Of a stretch of DNA of 20,000 bases, positions 15,874 through 20,000 are shown in pieces. The notes under the pieces are model-generated. The model ran no database searches and had not been told where the DNA came from. It saw only the letters and a list, made by a program, of their open reading frames with translations. The stretch covers positions 56,592 through 76,591 of IMG/VR virus record IMGVR_UViG_3300034102_000864; one strand, 5' to 3'. Source of the stretch: an uncultured virus (IMG/VR IMGVR_UViG_3300034102_000864). Lineage: Duplodnaviria > Heunggongvirae > Uroviricota > Caudoviricetes. The position numbers and the translations under genes were made by a program. How positions within the stretch are numbered: the first letter of the stretch is position 1; each line of letters opens with the position of its first letter.

Positions 15874-16369
15874 TAGAATTATCAGTCAATACACTGACAT
15901 ATTTGATGAAACCCAGGTAAATAATATTTGGGAATACTTAACTAAACCAAATTGGGGATTTTGGCAGTCTAGTAGACCAGACTCTAAAAATTTTTTCTGG
16001 TATATGAATCTTGATGATCATTCCTTTTTCACTCAAGAATTATTTTCTAAAATTAAAACTTTAATTGGTGAAGATTTTTTTATTGAAAAAGTCTATGCGA
16101 ATGGTCAAACTTTCGGATTAGATGGGGAATTTCATATTGATGACCCAGATGATAATGCATATACTTTTCTTTATTACCCTATGAGAGATTGGAATTTATC
16201 TTGGGGTGGTGAAACAGTCATTCTTGATCCTGAAGGTGTGATAAGCACTATACATCCGATGCCAAATAGTGCTATAATATTCCCATCAAATTGGTTACAC
16301 TGTGGTAAATCACCATCTAAAAACTTCACAGATTTGAGAGTCACCATTGCTTATAAATTGAAAAAATGA
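15866..16369 (+). CDS. 2OG-Fe(II) oxygenase (prolyl-4-hydroxylase-like)
   Basis: HxD (FHIDD), WNLSWGGET, FPSNWLHCG and the distal R (LRVTIAYK). Probable GTG start at 15866 after SD GGAGA; the track start is 15827. Confidence 0.9.
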   Translation: MTDRIISQYTDIFDETQVNNIWEYLTKPNWGFWQSSRPDSKNFFWYMNLDDHSFFTQELFSKIKTLIGEDFFIEKVYANGQTFGLDGEFHIDDPDDNAYTFLYYPMRDWNLSWGGETVILDPEGVISTIHPMPNSAIIFPSNWLHCGKSPSKNFTDLRVTIAYKLKK

Positions 16370-16551
16370 AACCCAACTTTCGTAAGGTATTAGAGATGGC
16401 ACTGGAAGAAGGTGTTCGATTTGGATACAATCGTGCTCATAAACACGTAGAAAATCCACATCAAGATGCTGTGGTTGATTGTGTGGTAGATTGTGCGATG
16501 AACTCCCTGTATGAATGGTTTGATTTTGAGGAGAACAATGAACTTGGTTAA
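16366..16551 (+). CDS. Hypothetical protein
   Basis: 61 aa with an ATGA overlap. Confidence 0.8.
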   Translation: MKPNFRKVLEMALEEGVRFGYNRAHKHVENPHQDAVVDCVVDCAMNSLYEWFDFEENNELG

Positions 16552-16837
16552 ATTTAATAAACGCAAATTTTTGATTAAGTACAATCATCGTGAAGATTTT
16601 GGGCACGAATGGTATGTTCAGATCTTAAATATCAAGCGTTGGAGTTTGATTCAAGCATCTGTAAGTTGGAATGATTATCCATCCTGGCCTTATCTACAAA
16701 TTAAGTCTGGATCTGGTGATGTGTTGAGTATTCTATTTTGGGCATATAAGTTTGGATTTGATATTGATTTTATCTCTCGCACTTGGAACTGGGATCATTT
16801 GGAGGAACTAGATGAAGACGAAACTGAACTGGTTTGA
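16538..16837 (+). CDS. Hypothetical aromatic-rich protein
   Basis: SD GAGGAG before the ATG at 16538; the track start at 16511 is less likely. Confidence 0.75.
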   Translation: MNLVKFNKRKFLIKYNHREDFGHEWYVQILNIKRWSLIQASVSWNDYPSWPYLQIKSGSGDVLSILFWAYKFGFDIDFISRTWNWDHLEELDEDETELV

Positions 16838-17159
16838 GTATTACTTCGGTCATTGTTTCCAAACTGGTTGGAGAGAAATCTGGAACAACTTTAAGATGTG
16901 GAGAGATCTCATCAGTGGAAACTATGCCGATTATGCTCTGCTAAAGAATGACGACCCATACGAAGAATGTTATCAGTGGTTCTGGACTTCTATCAATCTT
17001 GACGAAACATATCCTAAAGAGTTTCTTGAGTACCTGATGGAAATGTGTGACAGAATTGATCGGGGTGAAGAGAAACTGATTCCATTGGATGAAGATTTCT
17101 TTAATAGAATAAAAGAACTTACTGATGATATAGAGTTGAATGATGAAGACTTTACCTGA
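16812..17159 (+). CDS. Hypothetical protein
   Basis: 115 aa with SD GGAGG at 16801-16805. Confidence 0.8.
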   Translation: MKTKLNWFEYYFGHCFQTGWREIWNNFKMWRDLISGNYADYALLKNDDPYEECYQWFWTSINLDETYPKEFLEYLMEMCDRIDRGEEKLIPLDEDFFNRIKELTDDIELNDEDFT

Positions 17160-17343
17160 TAAAAGAGAACTGGATATTATGTGGACGGTTGCCACATCGA
17201 CCAGTATTGAAACTGGCACAAGACCCCACTACGGGTTTGCCAACCTGCTGTATGATTACCTCACAGACAACCTCAAAAACAAATACGGAGTTGAACTCTG
17301 CTATGAACCTCAAAGAGAAGAAGGCACTGCTCAAGAAACTTGA
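17140..17343 (+). CDS. Hypothetical protein
   Basis: 67 aa, filling the gap between overlapping neighbours. Confidence 0.65.
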   Translation: MMKTLPDKRELDIMWTVATSTSIETGTRPHYGFANLLYDYLTDNLKNKYGVELCYEPQREEGTAQET

Positions 17344-17575
17344 GACTGCCTACAATACCTGTTTTGATTGTGGGAAGAAGTATGGAGTGTATTCTGTAGG
17401 ATGCTCCTCTGTTTATGAGTCAAAGTGTGGTGTATGTGGTGAAATCAAACCCATTACGGAGACTCGTGACTTTGCTTATTTCTTTCCTACCATTCGAAAA
17501 CTGAAACTAGAGATTCAAAATGAGAAGAGTAACAGTCAAACCAAAGTCCAGCAAAGCGAAGAACCGTCTTGCTAA
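17303..17575 (+). CDS. Zn-ribbon-like hypothetical protein
   Basis: MNLKEKK.. with CFDC and CGVC motifs. The ATG at 17303 is preferred over the track start at 17189. Confidence 0.7.
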   Translation: MNLKEKKALLKKLETAYNTCFDCGKKYGVYSVGCSSVYESKCGVCGEIKPITETRDFAYFFPTIRKLKLEIQNEKSNSQTKVQQSEEPSC

Positions 17576-17735
17576 TACTATGGACAACAATCCTGTTTGT
17601 ATTGTAGAGCAGGATACTGGTGGTGAATTGTTCCTTGCTTCCGAAAATCGTAAATACTTTTTTTGGGTTAGCACTCGCACTGGTACTAACCGTTTTGGTG
17701 ACAAATCTGACGCACATTGGGAGGTTATTGAATGA
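17520..17735 (+). CDS. Hypothetical basic protein
   Basis: 71 aa with an ATGA overlap with the next gene. Confidence 0.75.
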   Translation: MRRVTVKPKSSKAKNRLANTMDNNPVCIVEQDTGGELFLASENRKYFFWVSTRTGTNRFGDKSDAHWEVIE

Positions 17736-18013
17736 GTTTTTCTAAAACTGTTTCTGTTTTTGCTGCTCTTGCAAGTATCTTTGCTGCTGGTGCTACTGGT
17801 TGGAAACTTGCAGATTCACAAAAAGAAGTTCCTTTGAGTCCATTAGACCAAAAGGTGATGGAGTTGGAGAAGAAATTGGACCAAGCACAGCAACCGCAAG
17901 TTGCTCCTGAACCAGTAAAACTTCCAGCACCTATCGTTCAAACACCACTACAACCTAACGTACTTCCTGCTCCAACACCACCTCCTCCTGTTTCCGAAAA
18001 TGCCACTCCTTGA
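17732..18013 (+). CDS. Membrane-anchored or secreted protein with coiled coil and Pro-rich tail
   Basis: Hydrophobic VSVFAALASIFAAGATG, heptad segment LDQKVMELEKKLDQ and C-terminal PAPTPPPP. Confidence 0.75.
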   Translation: MSFSKTVSVFAALASIFAAGATGWKLADSQKEVPLSPLDQKVMELEKKLDQAQQPQVAPEPVKLPAPIVQTPLQPNVLPAPTPPPPVSENATP

Positions 18014-18194
18014 TACTCTCAACTACTTCATACAAGACCAAGAAGGACACCTACAATGTCTTGAATGGGACATCAGGGAGGAAACCAATTATGAGAACAA
18101 TGACATTGATTGGTATTGTGAACAGTATGATGAAGCAAAACAACGAATAGAAGACCTTAAACAAATCAAATCCATTATTGAAGCACAACAATGA
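18000..18194 (+). CDS. Acidic hypothetical protein
   Basis: 64 aa in the overlapping gene chain. Confidence 0.75.
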   Translation: MPLLDTLNYFIQDQEGHLQCLEWDIREETNYENNDIDWYCEQYDEAKQRIEDLKQIKSIIEAQQ

Positions 18195-18385
18195 CTTACG
18201 ATCAACTCTACGAGCACATTGTCAACTACATTGCTCAACCACTAGATGATAAGCGTCGTGCCTGTCTGATTCTGGGTGCATTTATGGAGTTTAACCTTGA
18301 TTGTCTTGATGAAGGTGTAGACCCTCGCACTATTGATATGACTGGTTTTGTGAATGAGAAACTTGATGAACTGGAGGGCAAATGA
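18191..18385 (+). CDS. Hypothetical protein
   Basis: 64 aa with ATGA overlaps at both ends. Confidence 0.8.
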   Translation: MTYDQLYEHIVNYIAQPLDDKRRACLILGAFMEFNLDCLDEGVDPRTIDMTGFVNEKLDELEGK

Positions 18386-18642
18386 GATTTCGTGATATTG
18401 AGTTCCGTTGGAGTAAATGCAACAACAAGTATGAACTCGTTAAGTGGTATCAATCTAATGGTTCAGGACAAGAGAACTGCTATGTGATTGCTTTTTTTGA
18501 TAAAGGCAAAGAGTGTTATGATATGAGAACCATCGGTACTAGGTTCTTTGAGGATAAAGATGCCTGGGTTGTAGGTAAGTATGGTTTGGAGTTTCTAAAT
18601 GAAATCTTTGAGATTGAAAGGATTGAAGAGGAACTGAAATGA
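18382..18642 (+). CDS. Hypothetical protein
   Basis: 86 aa, SD GGAGG, ATGA overlaps. Confidence 0.8.
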   Translation: MRFRDIEFRWSKCNNKYELVKWYQSNGSGQENCYVIAFFDKGKECYDMRTIGTRFFEDKDAWVVGKYGLEFLNEIFEIERIEEELK

Positions 18643-18890
18643 ATAAGGACGAATACTACGATTGGATTGCCGAAAATGATTCATATCCAGAACATTCTCA
18701 TAAGTGGATAGTGGGACTTTATACTCCTGATGGTGGTAGATTTGATATGCTACACAGATACTTTGGACCTTTTGAAACCAAAGAACAAGCACGGGTATTC
18801 GCAGCAGATTATAAGGACAAATACACAAAACCAGGATTTATTTCCAGAACCAAAATCTTCCCACTCTGTGAGGTAGTAAAGGACACTTGA
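18639..18890 (+). CDS. Hypothetical protein
   Basis: 83 aa, SD GAGG, ATGA overlap. Confidence 0.8.
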   Translation: MNKDEYYDWIAENDSYPEHSHKWIVGLYTPDGGRFDMLHRYFGPFETKEQARVFAADYKDKYTKPGFISRTKIFPLCEVVKDT

Positions 18891-18938
18891 AGAACTGGCA
18901 CAGGGCATCTCCACAGGTGCCCTTTTTCGTTGTATAAT
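18883..18938 (+). promoter_or_regulatory. Conserved box, hairpin and -10 element (early-type promoter, copy 3)
   Basis: ACACTT-GAAG-AACTGGCACA 18883-18902; TATAAT 18933-18938. Confidence 0.8.
18902..18927 (+). terminator. Rho-independent terminator-like hairpin
   Basis: AGGGCATCT-CCAC-AGGTGCCCT followed by TTTT. Confidence 0.6.
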
Positions 18939-18960
18939 GACTTTATAAACAAACAAACCA

Positions 18961-19293
18961 ATGACTGAACTTACTCCTGAAGCACAAGCAGTTGTAGATG
19001 CCTTCTATCGTGAATTGCCCCCAAACTATCAGCAAGGAGGTATTACTGCTGCTCTCCGTGCTGCTATTGATAGTGTAGTTCCTGAAGAAGCAGAAGCACC
19101 GAGGGCACAGTTTGATTGTCCTCCTCGTAAGTTGTGGTCAATCAATAAAGAAAAAGAAAGGTGGGGATATGAGCATTCAGATCATCTGAGGAGGCAGTTT
19201 GCTCAAGACAAACTGGATATTCGTTGGGAACAACGACAACAAACCCGTGCTTTGATGCTTGCTATTGTCGTTGAACTTGAGAACCTGAAATGA
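18961..19293 (+). CDS. Hypothetical protein (paralog family member 1)
   Basis: 110 aa directly after promoter copy 3. It has no TTA or ATA codons. Confidence 0.8.
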   Translation: MTELTPEAQAVVDAFYRELPPNYQQGGITAALRAAIDSVVPEEAEAPRAQFDCPPRKLWSINKEKERWGYEHSDHLRRQFAQDKLDIRWEQRQQTRALMLAIVVELENLK

Positions 19294-19466
19294 ACTACCT
19301 CTGCCTTGTTGATGGTGTTGTAGAATACGGTAGCACAGACCTCTACCAATTCAATCATTATCGTATGGTGTATTACGAAGACCACAAAGATGCTGAAAAT
19401 GTAGAGTATCTTGTGCTGACTGATGAGGCATACAACGAAATGTTCCCTTGTGAGGATGAAGAATGA
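19290..19466 (+). CDS. Acidic hypothetical protein (58 aa, not in the ORF track)
   Basis: MNYLCLVDGVVEYGSTDLYQFNHYRMVYYEDHKDAENVEYLVLTDEAYNEMFPCEDEE, with ATGA overlaps at both ends. Confidence 0.8.
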   Translation: MNYLCLVDGVVEYGSTDLYQFNHYRMVYYEDHKDAENVEYLVLTDEAYNEMFPCEDEE

Positions 19467-19705
19467 CTAAAATCCAACTCAAAGCAATCACAGTTACTTA
19501 CACCAGAACTCTCACAGTTTCACCCACAACTGAAATGTTTGAGGACTGGGAGGATTATCCAGACCAAGAAGGATTTGAGAGTTTAGTGCTTAATGAATTG
19601 TTTGATAAAATCCATTATGAGATGGGAGGACCCGCAAATCCTATGCCTTACACTGATGTAAAACAGTTTGAAACCGTTGAGATTGACTGGGAGGGTGAAG
19701 AATGA
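19463..19705 (+). CDS. Acidic hypothetical protein
   Basis: 80 aa with ATGA overlaps. Confidence 0.8.
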   Translation: MTKIQLKAITVTYTRTLTVSPTTEMFEDWEDYPDQEGFESLVLNELFDKIHYEMGGPANPMPYTDVKQFETVEIDWEGEE

Positions 19706-19878
19706 CTGACGCAGCATACAAAGTTTGGGAAGCATTCAAAGCAGAATTGATTGTAGAACCCACCGATGATATGAAAGAAGCACTTGCTACTGCTATTCGT
19801 GAGATTGCTGACCAACTTTATTTTGACCCTGATGTAGATTATCTAAATCGTCTTTCCTATAATGTGGAGGCACTATGA
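19702..19878 (+). CDS. Hypothetical protein (58 aa, paralog family member 2, not in the ORF track)
   Basis: MTDAAYKVWEAFKAELIVEPTDDMKEALATAIREIADQLYFDPDVDYLNRLSYNVEAL, with SD GGAGG and ATGA overlaps. Confidence 0.8.
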   Translation: MTDAAYKVWEAFKAELIVEPTDDMKEALATAIREIADQLYFDPDVDYLNRLSYNVEAL

Positions 19879-20000
19879 CTGAACGAGCACAAAAGATTAT
19901 GAAAGCATACGAAGCAGAGGATACTTACAACTTTCCAAAAGATGGAGTTGTTGCTGTTATTCGTGCTATTGTGAATGAACATCAATACTATCAGTGTTGT
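19875..20000 (+). CDS. Hypothetical protein, truncated by the window (paralog family member 3)
   Basis: MTERAQKIMKAYEAEDTYNFPKDGVVAVIRAIVNEHQYYQCC..., with SD GGAGG and an ATGA overlap. Confidence 0.75.
   Translation, partial: MTERAQKIMKAYEAEDTYNFPKDGVVAVIRAIVNEHQYYQCC

Noticed and set aside
17189..17302. Long form of ORF 17189-17575
   Set aside because: It lies within ORF 17140-17343, and the protein-like sequence begins at 17303.
3135..18902. CRISPR-like array from the repeated 20-bp box
   Set aside because: The copies are kilobases apart, degenerate and promoter-associated, with no repeat-spacer periodicity.
223..19385. Short minus-strand ORFs (for example 9317-9655, 11559-12026, 16310-16606) and the nested + ORF 7039-7254
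   Set aside because: They are shadows of real + strand genes, and all promoter and SD signals noticed point to the + strand.
1..20000. Stop-codon reassignment or suppressor tRNA
   Set aside because: Genes tile densely under the standard code with TAA, TGA and TAG all used as stops. The UAA anticodon reads Leu UUA, not a stop.

Overview
This window looks like part of a T4-like cyanophage (Kyanoviridae-like myovirus) genome, with every credible gene on the + strand. Bases 1-3134 hold virion or baseplate-associated genes, one with a Peptidase_S74 chaperone domain and one with a LamG domain. Bases 3135-4710 form an island with a perfect sigma70 promoter, a Phd/YefM-like small ORF missing from the ORF track, three tRNA genes and a free-standing HNH endonuclease. 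The tRNAs are a structurally non-canonical UAU-anticodon tRNA with a long variable arm, a non-initiator CAU tRNA and tRNA-Leu(UAA). Bases 4746-13332 encode two large tail-fibre-like proteins. Bases 13465-14700 encode an SF2 (ResIII-like) helicase. Bases 14741-20000 are a dense run of small, mostly overlapping hypothetical ORFs, including a 2OG-Fe(II) oxygenase and a three-member paralog family. The main observations are: (i) the atypical tRNA(UAU); (ii) a repeated 20-bp box upstream of TATAAT in three intergenic regions; (iii) the genes directly behind those boxes have no TTA or ATA codons, which the phage tRNAs would read, while late structural genes use both; (iv) a hairpin and late-promoter switch ahead of the HNH gene. 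No database searches were run. Family calls come from recognising motifs by eye.
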